Assembly (NCBI GenBank): GCA_963699545.1
Contig: CAVOUE010000003.1
Span: forward strand, 64,001-128,000
DNA from: Nitrospirota bacterium
Lineage (GTDB): Bacteria > Nitrospirota > Thermodesulfovibrionia > Thermodesulfovibrionales > UBA9159
DNA: 64,000 bases
Direction of reading: 5' to 3'
Notes under the pieces: generated by a model
The model's input: only the letters and a program-made list of their open reading frames with translations
Databases searched by the model: none
What the model was told of the DNA's origin: nothing
Position numbers and translations under genes: made by a program
Shown here: positions 1 through 8,901 of the stretch, in pieces
Numbering within the stretch: position 1 is the first letter of the stretch
How the letters are laid out: each line of letters opens with the position of its first letter

Positions 1-578
1 GCTGAGCCTTTGAGGCCTCTTCCCCAACCACATGTAACAGGATTTTACTTACGGCCAATACAGGGTTTTGCATCCCGGGGGTAAAACCATCAAAATTCTC
101 GGGATATGCCAAGACAGGACATCCGATAAGTTCAGCACTGACCCCATGCGATGCCAGCCACGCCCCAGTTCGCGGGTCACGAACGCCTATCCCCTCAGCG
201 CCCTTTGCCCATATTAGCAAGTCTCGTATCTCGGGAGAGATTGCGGGAACCCCTGAAGCATCCAATGGTCCGCTGTAGCCGACACCAAACAGCCAATAGG
301 GGATTTTGATCTTCCGGAGTATCTTCTGTTGTCCACCTCCACCCCGGGTATATGTCCTGAAAAATGTTTGTACCTGCAAAGATTGCCGCATCGCAATTAT
401 TGATACACGCAAGCTCTCTTTTCGTAGGACGATGCAAATATGAGAACTCTTCGACCCTCCCTGTAAAATCGCTGCGCCTGAACAGACGAATGGTCGCATC
501 GCAAATCAATATGTTGCCAAGGTTATAGGGATAACCAATGACGTGACTTCCTAAGGGTAAAATGAGAGCAACTGTCAT
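1..578 (-). CDS. Polysaccharide pyruvyl transferase family protein (partial at window edge; apparent +1 frameshift at ~320, probably a second near ~60-100)
   Basis: Starts MTVALILPLG after GGAAGAC. N-terminal 'YNLGNILI' is present. After removing one base at ~320 the frame reads LRKIKIPYWLFGVGYSG...IGVRDPRT...LIGCPVL, matching the GVG / xVRD / GCP motifs of this family. Confidence 0.7.
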
Positions 579-669
579 GTCTTCCCTATGTGGTCCAATG
601 AGCAAAGCAGATTGTGCACTCATCGTGTGCATAGCAACCCGTTTTGGGCTTATCTCTCAGTCTTCGCAT
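572..669. repeat. 98-bp direct repeat copy 1 (orphan 3' tail of the GT2-radical SAM gene plus downstream RBS/ATG)
   Basis: Aligns to 3107-3204 with about 9 mismatches by eye. Minus strand reads MRRLRDKPKTGCYAHDECTICFAHWTT*. Confidence 0.9.
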
Positions 670-682
670 GACCGTGATAATC

Positions 683-1750
683 TTACGAGCCCCCCTTTAG
701 GTGCAGCATATGATAGTTATAGTTTAGATTCTGCGTGCCGGTGCCGGCGGAATTTTTCCTGGTGTACGTTAAGGCCTGCTGTAAGTTCAGTGTCTCTTCC
801 CTATACAAAGTTATGGCTTTCTTAAGCGTATTTAATATAGCGTCATCTGTTTCATAATTGAGCATTAATGTTGCAAACTCGTCGTCAACCAATTGATAAT
901 AATATTTCTCATGTTCAATGTGATATATCTTGCTAAGATTGAAATAAATCGGAAATTGTGTAATTTTTTCAAGTTCCCTGCTCAATTCGCATACTCCTTT
1001 TTGTTCGCAGATGTGAATATCCTCGAAGTACATATTATTGCCGCGTAAAAACCAATTATATCGTTTGGCAAACTCTTTTTTTATGAAATACACGTCTTCG
1101 TAGTACCTTTGCAGTTTGGTGAATCCCCTCTTGTTCGGCTTGATCCTCTTTCTAAAACCGAAGCAGAAAAGTTTCAAGGCATTCTTTCTCAGCTGGTTTA
1201 TTTCCCTCTTCCACAGATAAAACCATGAAAACATTGAATAGTAATTAAATGCCCAATGGCGAGCGTCTTTTATATTCGTATGTTTCAGATATCGGACAAA
1301 TTCCTCTGCGGTTTGAGCGCCCAATAAAGGCTTCATGGCCTCATAGTTCACCTGCGTCCTCATGAGATTCCCGAACATTATGTCGAAATCATTTTTCTCC
1401 AAGACTTTTATTGCATTCTCAACATAATCCACATCCAGGAATTCCTCCGTGTGCAAAGACATGAAATAGTCATTCAGGATATTCCGGTCTAACAAAACAT
1501 TATGGAAGGCATATAAATCCCAGATCGGATATTTCCCCAAGAAATATTCTTTTCCAATAGCAAAGACCTGGTAATCAAAATCCGGTGTGATACTCAGTCT
1601 TGAAAATATTTCCTTCTCACTCATCAGAGTCTGATTGTAGAATATGACATTGAATGCCTTTCTTGTTTGCAAATTTAGTGAGTGAATCAGCGCATTGAGG
1701 ATTGCAATATCTTTGACGGGATCAATGGTAACGATAAAGCTTAATTTCAT
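683..1750 (-). CDS. Divergent GT-A/GT2-like hypothetical protein
   Basis: 355-aa AT-rich ORF. N-terminus 'MKLSFIVTID...LIHSLNLQTRKAFNVIFYN' resembles the GT2 start. No clear DxD motif. Confidence 0.5.
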   Translation of the reverse strand: MKLSFIVTIDPVKDIAILNALIHSLNLQTRKAFNVIFYNQTLMSEKEIFSRLSITPDFDYQVFAIGKEYFLGKYPIWDLYAFHNVLLDRNILNDYFMSLHTEEFLDVDYVENAIKVLEKNDFDIMFGNLMRTQVNYEAMKPLLGAQTAEEFVRYLKHTNIKDARHWAFNYYSMFSWFYLWKREINQLRKNALKLFCFGFRKRIKPNKRGFTKLQRYYEDVYFIKKEFAKRYNWFLRGNNMYFEDIHICEQKGVCELSRELEKITQFPIYFNLSKIYHIEHEKYYYQLVDDEFATLMLNYETDDAILNTLKKAITLYREETLNLQQALTYTRKNSAGTGTQNLNYNYHMLHLKGGS

Positions 1751-1806
1751 TACGTTACCTGCTCAACAATCCTGTAAAAGTCCCGCATTTCAAGCGCAAT
1801 TGTGCC

Positions 1807-2949
1807 TCATGCGGTTTCAATGGCGCCCGTCATTATCGCCGCTGCAATACGCTCAGCGGCATGGCCGTCCCATAGCGGCGGTATCTGTCCCTGTTTCCCA
1901 CCGTCAGTCAGGATCCGCCTGACCTCAAACCGAAGGCGCTCCATATCGTGGCCAACCAGGGTATTCGTTCCCAGGGTCATTGTGACCGGTCGCTCGGTAT
2001 TCTCCCGCAAGGTCAGGCAAGGTACACCCATATAGGTGGTTTCCTCCTGGATACCACCTGAATCCGTAATCACAAAGGTAGCATATCGCTGCAGGGCCAG
2101 GAAATCCAAATAACCGAGAGGGCCGACAAAATACAACTGCGAACCGCCGGTAGTAAATTGCAAACCCTCCAACTTCTGACGCGTACGAGGGTGGAGAGGA
2201 AAGATCAGCGGCACGTCGCGGCTGATGTCGCTCAGGGCATCCATGATCCGGGTGAAGAGAACGGGACTGTCTACGTTAGATGGGCGGTGCAGCGTCACTA
2301 TCCCATAGTGTTTGCACCCGAGATCAAAACATTCGTCTCTCTGAGCTGTATTCAAGACAGAAAGGGTGGCTCCTGAACATTGGATGGGCCAATGTGTCAA
2401 CGCCTTGGGCAATAGGCGCACGAGGGTATCAATCATCACGTTGCCAACGAGATGGATCTTCTCCAGAGCCACTCCTTCACGGAGCAGATTTTCATCGCCG
2501 TCCGTGGACGGAGTGAAAAGCAGGTCTGCGATCCGGTCAGTGACGAGGCGATTGACTTCCTCGGGCATGGCGCGGTCGAAAGAGCGTAGCCCTGCTTCAA
2601 CATGTCCAACGGAGATTAATAGCTTGGCACACACCAACGCAGCCGCCATTGTAGAGTTTACATCGCCGTAAACCAGTACCAGGTCCGGCTTGCGCTCCAA
2701 CACAACCGGTTCAAAGCGGCTCATAATCTCGGCTGTCTGCCGAGCGTGGCTGCCTGACCCAACTGCCAGGTTGACGTCTGGTTGGGGCATGTCCAGTTGC
2801 AGGAGGAAAACGTCAGACATGTCGGCATCGTAGTGCTGGCCGGTTTGGACAAGTGTCTGACGAATGCCGGCGCAGCAGGCCACGGCTTGCATCACCGGAG
2901 CAGCCTTCATGAAGTTGGGGCGAGCTCCCACTACGTGAAGGATATGCAT
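1807..2949 (-). CDS. wecB: UDP-N-acetylglucosamine 2-epimerase (non-hydrolysing)
   Basis: Motifs VVGARPNFMK, TGQHYD, HVEAGLRSFD..MPEE.NR, TDSGGIQEE and RENTERP. Confidence 0.95.
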   Translation of the reverse strand: MHILHVVGARPNFMKAAPVMQAVACCAGIRQTLVQTGQHYDADMSDVFLLQLDMPQPDVNLAVGSGSHARQTAEIMSRFEPVVLERKPDLVLVYGDVNSTMAAALVCAKLLISVGHVEAGLRSFDRAMPEEVNRLVTDRIADLLFTPSTDGDENLLREGVALEKIHLVGNVMIDTLVRLLPKALTHWPIQCSGATLSVLNTAQRDECFDLGCKHYGIVTLHRPSNVDSPVLFTRIMDALSDISRDVPLIFPLHPRTRQKLEGLQFTTGGSQLYFVGPLGYLDFLALQRYATFVITDSGGIQEETTYMGVPCLTLRENTERPVTMTLGTNTLVGHDMERLRFEVRRILTDGGKQGQIPPLWDGHAAERIAAAIMTGAIETA

Positions 2950-3106
2950 AGGCAATCTATGAAATCAGGTTCGTTACGATTCACAAACTCACATTCCTCG
3001 GTCTGCTGATTCATTCCCTCTTGCCTGCCGGCCTGTGTGAATACCGCTGCGATGAAATTTTCGGCACACGCCTCTGCCGGCCATCCACTGTGCAAGGCGT
3101 CCAGGC

Positions 3107-3204
3107 CTGTCATGTCTTCCCTATTTGGCCCAATGAGCAAAACAGGTTTTACACTCATCGTGTGCATAGCAACCCGCCTTGAGCTTATCTCTCAGTCTTC
3201 GCAT
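3107..3204. repeat. 98-bp direct repeat copy 2 (true 3' end of the GT2-radical SAM gene)
   Basis: About 91% identical to 572-669 by eye. Confidence 0.9.
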
Positions 3205-4926
3205 CTCTGGTGAATTAAAAGGGTCTTCTTCCTTGAAAATATTGCCAAAACGAGTATCCGGCTGAATCTTCCTCTGACAACCGCCGATGTTTCCGTCACC
3301 GTCAAGGTTGATGACATCATTATAGGAGTTACAATGTAGTTTGGGGTCATCAAGATCCACATAGTATGGTTTCAATGCGACATACTTTCTGTTCTCACAC
3401 AGCTCATCGATTCTCCCGATAATGTCTCTGTCTTTCACCGTGATGATCTTGCGAGTCTCCTCTTCATTCATGGGGTCATAAACCAGATAATTGAGCAGAT
3501 GGACAAACCGGGGGTTCAGACTGTCACAGACTGACAGTATTTTATCCAGTGACGTGTAAGTCTCTCTATTAACTATATAGCTGAACCCCACATTCTTGTA
3601 CCGCTCTTTTAGTACGATGAAATTACCCATTACCTGATCAAAGACCGGGACACCGCAATAAGCAGCGTAACTCTCATTATCAAACCCATACAAGCTTATG
3701 GAAATATAATCCGGAGCGAACTGCAATGAAAGGAGTTTGTCGAGATGTGTTCCATTGGTTATTATTCCGACGTATTTCATCTTCATTTTCAGGAAATCTA
3801 CGATGCGGACAAAATCAGAACAGAGTGTCGGCTCGCCAAATCCGGCTATACAATAACTGCTCACCGAAGGATATAATGATACCATCCTTTGCACGGTATC
3901 GAGTTTCATTTCCTTCACTCTCTTGACGCCTACCGCCTGCCTGCTGCAGCCGCCGCACCTCAGATTACATGTGTCTGTCATGTATAACGTGCAACTCCGG
4001 GGCGCCGATTTCTTTTGCAGCAGAGCAATGGGATTAAGCAGAGATACCCTGAGGAAATTGAGCAGACCTACTATTTGAAAGAAATAAAGAATACCTTTAT
4101 CGACCATTCTACTCAGAGCACTATCTGCCTGCACCATCTTTCTTGACTGCATAAAGGCCCAGAGCTTCCATTTGCTCTGCAACGTCACACCATGTTTTTC
4201 CTTTATCCGTTCAAATGACCGCTCTATACTGCCAATGTCATATCTCGCCAACACAGCCTTCCTGTCTCCCTCTTGCTTAATCCGCCTGTGCTCATGATAC
4301 AACTCGATATCCCCTATAAGCTTTGCCCTTACAGGTTCCCCCTTGACGATCCCCCTGATCGCAAACTCATAGTCCTCTACCCCGACGAACATCTGATCAT
4401 CATATAACCCGAGACGCTCTAAAAGTCTTCTGTTCACAAATGACGCCCCGCCGGGGAAACTGTTCGTTTCTCCATCAATACTGTCCTTAAACTTGACCTC
4501 ATCGCCTGCAAGGGCGAATGCATGAAAGGTGAGATAGCATTTTTCATGTACGCTGTATACCCTTGGTATAAATGCTTCAACTGTCCCGTTATGCTCTATA
4601 TGCTGCCTTATCCTCTCAACCCAGTCATTTGTTCTGATAGTAATGTCATTATCGACAAAGAGGAGCCACTCCTCCGTGCTTTCAGAGATTATGCGGTTCC
4701 TCCCGACACCGACACCGAGGTTGATAGCTGAATCGATTATCCTCACCTGTCCATACTGAGCACAGAATTCCTGCAACCCCTTTCGTGCAGGCTGTGACGA
4801 ACCATTGTTCAATACGTACAGGGGGACGCCGGAGGGAAGAAAACTGCTGATGCACTCAATGGTCTGTTCGAGTTTCTCATAAAAAAGGATGCATACCGCC
4901 AAATCTATGCCTGATGTGTGCCTCAC
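3121..4926 (-). CDS. GT2 glycosyltransferase fused to a radical SAM/SPASM(twitch) domain
   Basis: N-terminal GT2 (LNNGS, NLGVGVGRN, FVDND, VEDYEF). C-terminal CNLRCGGC CxxxCxxC, GFGEP, ITNG and a Cys cluster C...GC...ECKTC. Confidence 0.88.
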   Translation of the reverse strand: MRHTSGIDLAVCILFYEKLEQTIECISSFLPSGVPLYVLNNGSSQPARKGLQEFCAQYGQVRIIDSAINLGVGVGRNRIISESTEEWLLFVDNDITIRTNDWVERIRQHIEHNGTVEAFIPRVYSVHEKCYLTFHAFALAGDEVKFKDSIDGETNSFPGGASFVNRRLLERLGLYDDQMFVGVEDYEFAIRGIVKGEPVRAKLIGDIELYHEHRRIKQEGDRKAVLARYDIGSIERSFERIKEKHGVTLQSKWKLWAFMQSRKMVQADSALSRMVDKGILYFFQIVGLLNFLRVSLLNPIALLQKKSAPRSCTLYMTDTCNLRCGGCSRQAVGVKRVKEMKLDTVQRMVSLYPSVSSYCIAGFGEPTLCSDFVRIVDFLKMKMKYVGIITNGTHLDKLLSLQFAPDYISISLYGFDNESYAAYCGVPVFDQVMGNFIVLKERYKNVGFSYIVNRETYTSLDKILSVCDSLNPRFVHLLNYLVYDPMNEEETRKIITVKDRDIIGRIDELCENRKYVALKPYYVDLDDPKLHCNSYNDVINLDGDGNIGGCQRKIQPDTRFGNIFKEEDPFNSPEMRRLRDKLKAGCYAHDECKTCFAHWAK

Positions 4927-4934
4927 CTCAGTTA

Positions 4935-6070
4935 TTATACCTCACCTGATGCATGCTCTTTCCCTCTTTCAGCAACCCCGGTGAGAAATCGTTCATAGTC
5001 TTTCGCGATCCTCTCCCAGGTAAATCCCTGCATGAACTTCTTCCCCCTTCGCCCCATCTCCTTCCGTTCATCGTTTGTCACCAGATCTTTCATGGACCGA
5101 GCCAGGGAAAGGACGTTCTCCCGTCTTGAACGACAACCCTGCACCATTGTCTCTCACAAAACCAAATTCCGGAATATCGCTTACGATGACCGCCTTGCCG
5201 CAGGCCATCGCCTCAAGGGCAGCTAAGGGTTGGACCTCGTGGCGCGAAGGAAATACACAAGCCAGCGCACGTCGTATAACCTCCACCTTCTTCTCGCCCG
5301 TAACCCATCCCAGCAACTCGATGTTCTCCCTTATCTCGTACGGTAATGCCGCACGTTTGGCCTTGAATGCCTCTCTGTCCCTCCCGTCTCCCGCGATGAC
5401 CAAGGTGATTTCCGGGAACGATGCATAAAATTCTTTGTATGCGTCTATGAGAAGATCCAGCCCCTTTCCATACATGTCTATCCTCCCAAGATAAAGGATG
5501 TATTCACCGTCATCAGGGGTCGCATCCAATAATTCATGTGACACACCGTTGGGAATAACCTCAGAGTGTCTTCCGCTTCCCAGAGAGAGTTTCCTTGCAG
5601 TTCTCCGAACTTACGAAGATGAAATGGCGATAGAACCTGGGTCTCAGAAATTCCAGAAGAGAGAGGGCGAACGCATAGAGGAGATTGTATTTTCTAAAAT
5701 ATAACTGTCCCGTGTATCCCTGTATCTGCAAAACGATGGGTTTCTCTGTAAAGGCATGCAAAAACGTCGGGATCGCAGGAGAAAATTCCTCGACGATCAC
5801 ATCATATTCATCACCGTGCCTTTTAACAAATTGTGCTGCATGATAGGCGTATGTGAGCAAGGTTACGGTAAGGTCCCTGCTCTCTTTTCCCACAAATATG
5901 TGTCTTAATCCTTCTCGTTCTCCATCTCTGGCCCCAGGATACTTCTTGCATAAAAGCGTTATGGTATGCCGGTCCTGCAGGTGCTTATAAATCTCGTACG
6001 CCCGTGTGCCGACACCGCCGATTCCAAAATAATCGCCCTCACTCTCATAGAGGAGATGAAGGATCCTCAT
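4935..6070 (-). CDS. GT4 family glycosyltransferase (two apparent +1 frameshifts at ~5601 and ~5116)
   Basis: Three ORF pieces (5561-6070, 5068-5544, 4935-5147) join into one GT-B protein: GGVG, VIPNG, YLGR..KG.D, EAMACGKAVIVSD, FTWERIA. Confidence 0.88.
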
Positions 6071-6161
6071 CCCTTTTCCTGCGCCGCCCTTTCACATGAT
6101 TTGATAATGCTCTCCGCTCCCTTCGGTGTTGCCGTAGTGGACCTTTACAGGCAGTGATGTC

Positions 6162-6908
6162 TCACGCGCCCGCTTTCATATCAGATTGCTGTGTCTCGTA
6201 CTCGGAAATGACCTCAGCCGCGTCGCCGATCATCTTTATCGATCCGTGATCCAGCCACAAGACCCTTTTGCAGAGATTCCTCACTTCTTCCATATTATGT
6301 GACACAAAGAGTATGGTAATCCCCCTGTTCCTGAATTCCAATATTCTCTCTTTGCTCTTTTCCTTAAAATGAGCATCTCCCACTGCAAGGACCTCGTCCA
6401 CCATCAGGATATCAGGGTCAATTTCTGTCGCGATGGAAAAGCCCAGGCGAGCGATCATTCCCGACGAATAACTCTTCAGGGGCGAATCAATGAAATCTTC
6501 CAGCTCGGCAAATGTTACGATACTCTCGTATTTGTCGGCAATCTCCCTCCGGGAAAATCCGAGTATGGACGCGTTGAGATAAATATTTTCCCTCCCGGTG
6601 AGCTCATAGTCGAACCCGGCGCTCAGTTCAATCAAGGGGGCTATCTTCCCCTGCACCCTTACGCTCCCCGAAGGCACAATCACTCCTGATATGACCTTCA
6701 GAAGGGTACTTTTGCCGGCGCCATTGTGCCCGATGATTCCCAGCGATTCTCCGTCAGCGATATCCAGCGATATATCCCTCAGTGCCAGGAAGGGCCGGGT
6801 CTGAAGCCGCTTGCCCTTGAGATAACGAATGATATATTCCTGGAACGTGCTTCGCCGCGATTCACTGATGAGCCTATACAGAACCGAAACATCCCGGAGC
6901 GTTATCAT
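6162..6908 (-). CDS. wzt: ABC-2 polysaccharide exporter ATP-binding subunit (short, no C-terminal carbohydrate-binding domain)
   Basis: GHNGAGKSTLL, YSSGM..RLGFS and DEVLAVGDAHF; 248 aa. Confidence 0.92.
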   Translation of the reverse strand: MITLRDVSVLYRLISESRRSTFQEYIIRYLKGKRLQTRPFLALRDISLDIADGESLGIIGHNGAGKSTLLKVISGVIVPSGSVRVQGKIAPLIELSAGFDYELTGRENIYLNASILGFSRREIADKYESIVTFAELEDFIDSPLKSYSSGMIARLGFSIATEIDPDILMVDEVLAVGDAHFKEKSKERILEFRNRGITILFVSHNMEEVRNLCKRVLWLDHGSIKMIGDAAEVISEYETQQSDMKAGA

Positions 6909-6921
6909 GATCCCGTCATCC

Positions 6922-7707
6922 TCAGAGATAGAAAAGTATTCTGTCCTTATTCCGGTAATAGATACTCCACCCGATCAAGAATGAGGCAACGGCAAAGACA
7001 GCACCCAGAGCAAAATGCTCCGTCTTGGGGAGAGTAGCATCGTAAAGACAGGCCCTGAAGAGGGTTATGTAATGGTACAATGGATTCAACGACATAAAGA
7101 TCTGGACCTTTTGGGGAAGGATGGAGAGTGGATAAAATATCGCTGAGAAGTACATCCACGCCATCAATAAGACATCGTAGATATAGATCACGTCGTGAAA
7201 AAAAACAGCAAGGGTAGAAACGGCCAGGACAATGCCCAGAGCGAACATGAAGATGAGGCCAACAACAAAAGGAAGCCACAGCATGCTATAACTGAGATGC
7301 GTGCCTGAAACGATGATAATGACGGAGAGGGGGATAAGGGCAAACATAAAATGTACGAAGGAAGATGCCACTATAGAGATAGGAAAGATCGATTTGGGGA
7401 GATACAACTTATTGATAAGAGCACGGTTCGAAATAAAGGCTATTGAACCAATCTTGGTCCCTTGAGAAAAAAACTGCCACATGGTGATGCCTGACATAAC
7501 ATACGCAGTATAATTCCCCACACTCGCTCCAAAAAGTCCGGAAAATACAGCATAAAAGATCGTCATCATCAAGAGAGGGTCGAGCATGACCCAGAGGAAG
7601 CCGAGAGCAGATCGTTTATATCTTTTTTTGATATCCATTAAGACAAGGTTCCTTAACAGTTCCTTGTATTGTATGATCTCCCCGGCTTCTTTAAAACTTT
7701 TCACCAT
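6922..7707 (-). CDS. wzm: ABC-2 polysaccharide exporter permease
   Basis: RYKRSALGFLW..L.PL, IFYP and LNPL motifs; about 6 TM segments; adjacent to wzt. Confidence 0.92.
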   Translation of the reverse strand: MVKSFKEAGEIIQYKELLRNLVLMDIKKRYKRSALGFLWVMLDPLLMMTIFYAVFSGLFGASVGNYTAYVMSGITMWQFFSQGTKIGSIAFISNRALINKLYLPKSIFPISIVASSFVHFMFALIPLSVIIIVSGTHLSYSMLWLPFVVGLIFMFALGIVLAVSTLAVFFHDVIYIYDVLLMAWMYFSAIFYPLSILPQKVQIFMSLNPLYHYITLFRACLYDATLPKTEHFALGAVFAVASFLIGWSIYYRNKDRILFYL

Positions 7708-7773
7708 GCCCTTTACCTTATCGCATATAAGATACTATAATTAACAATAATTGTAAAAGGACGCCGGAAAGAG

Positions 7774-8475
7774 TTGAAATCTTGCTTGATAATTATCCCT
7801 GCATACAATGAAGAAGGGGATATCGCGAGCGTTATCGGGGATGTGAAAGACAGCAACCCCGGGGCCGATATTCTGGTCGTGAACGACGGCTCCACCGACA
7901 CCACATCCGGGATAGCGAGAAAGGCAGGCGTCATGGTGCTGGACATCCCCTTCAATATAGGGTACGGCGGCGCAGTCCAGACAGGTTTCCGGTTCGCTGT
8001 GGAGCGCGGATATGATTTTGTCATTACCATAGACGGCGATGCCCAGCATGACCCGTACTCCGCACGGAATCTGATAGAGGCCATGGAGCGTGAGCAGGCG
8101 GACGTCGTCATAGGGTCCCGTTTTATTGAAGGAACGTACAGGATGGGTGTTATACGGAAGATCGGCGTGCGGCTGTTTTCCCTGATAGCCCGTCTCTATA
8201 CCGGAACGAACTTTACCGACCCCACATCCGGCTTTCAGCTTCTCAACAAAAGGGTTTTCTCCCATCTCTCCAAGGATGATAACTATCCTCTTGATTATCC
8301 GGATGTGAACATCATCATGGCCCTTCATAAGATGAGGGCGAAGGTGGTAGAGGCTCCAGTTACCATGAAGGAAAAACCACGAGGCAAATCGATGCACGCC
8401 GGACTGCGGCCTGTGATATATATTGTGAGGATGTCCCTGGCAATCATTATGGTCCTGGTGCGTAAGGAGGATTAA
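7774..8475 (+). CDS. GT2 glycosyltransferase (polyprenol-phosphate sugar synthase-like)
   Basis: IPAYNEE, VNDGSTD, DGDAQHDP, GSRF and TDPTSGF motifs; paired with a DUF2304-like gene. Confidence 0.88.
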   Translation: MKSCLIIIPAYNEEGDIASVIGDVKDSNPGADILVVNDGSTDTTSGIARKAGVMVLDIPFNIGYGGAVQTGFRFAVERGYDFVITIDGDAQHDPYSARNLIEAMEREQADVVIGSRFIEGTYRMGVIRKIGVRLFSLIARLYTGTNFTDPTSGFQLLNKRVFSHLSKDDNYPLDYPDVNIIMALHKMRAKVVEAPVTMKEKPRGKSMHAGLRPVIYIVRMSLAIIMVLVRKED

Positions 8476-8477
8476 GA

Positions 8478-8834
8478 ATGACGTTGAGCATACGGCTGTT
8501 CATTTTTATCATGGGTATTTTTTTGTTCATAACGATCCTTGAACTTGCAAGGAGAAGAAGATTCAGGGAGGAACTTTCCATCGTCTGGCTCCTTACCGGT
8601 CTTGGACTGATTCTCAGTTCCTTTGCTGATCTCATCATAGACCCTCTGGCCTTTAAGCTCGGGTTGAGTTATCCGCCGGCGCTGGTTTTTATGATTACCT
8701 TTTTCCTTTTTGTTCTCGTGATCCTTTATTTTTCAGTTGCGGTGTCGGATCTGAAAAGCAGGAACAAGGAATTAAGCCAGAAGATAGCCTTGATGGAATA
8801 TAAACTCGGCACGCTCTATAAGGAAAAAGAGTGA
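8478..8834 (+). CDS. DUF2304-like small membrane protein
   Basis: 3 TM helices, 'LGLSYPPALVF', C-terminal 'LSQKIAL'; typical partner of the upstream GT2. Confidence 0.78.
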   Translation: MTLSIRLFIFIMGIFLFITILELARRRRFREELSIVWLLTGLGLILSSFADLIIDPLAFKLGLSYPPALVFMITFFLFVLVILYFSVAVSDLKSRNKELSQKIALMEYKLGTLYKEKE

Positions 8835-8901
8835 CCGACCTCTCCTGTCAGTAGTCCATGCGTAATGCGATGTGGGCCGATGTGTCGATCGTCACAAAGG
8901 G

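Noticed and set aside
2931-3167. 78-aa ORF similar to the start of ORF 195-632
   Set aside because: The similarity is just the 98-bp repeat read in another frame; no evidence of a real gene.
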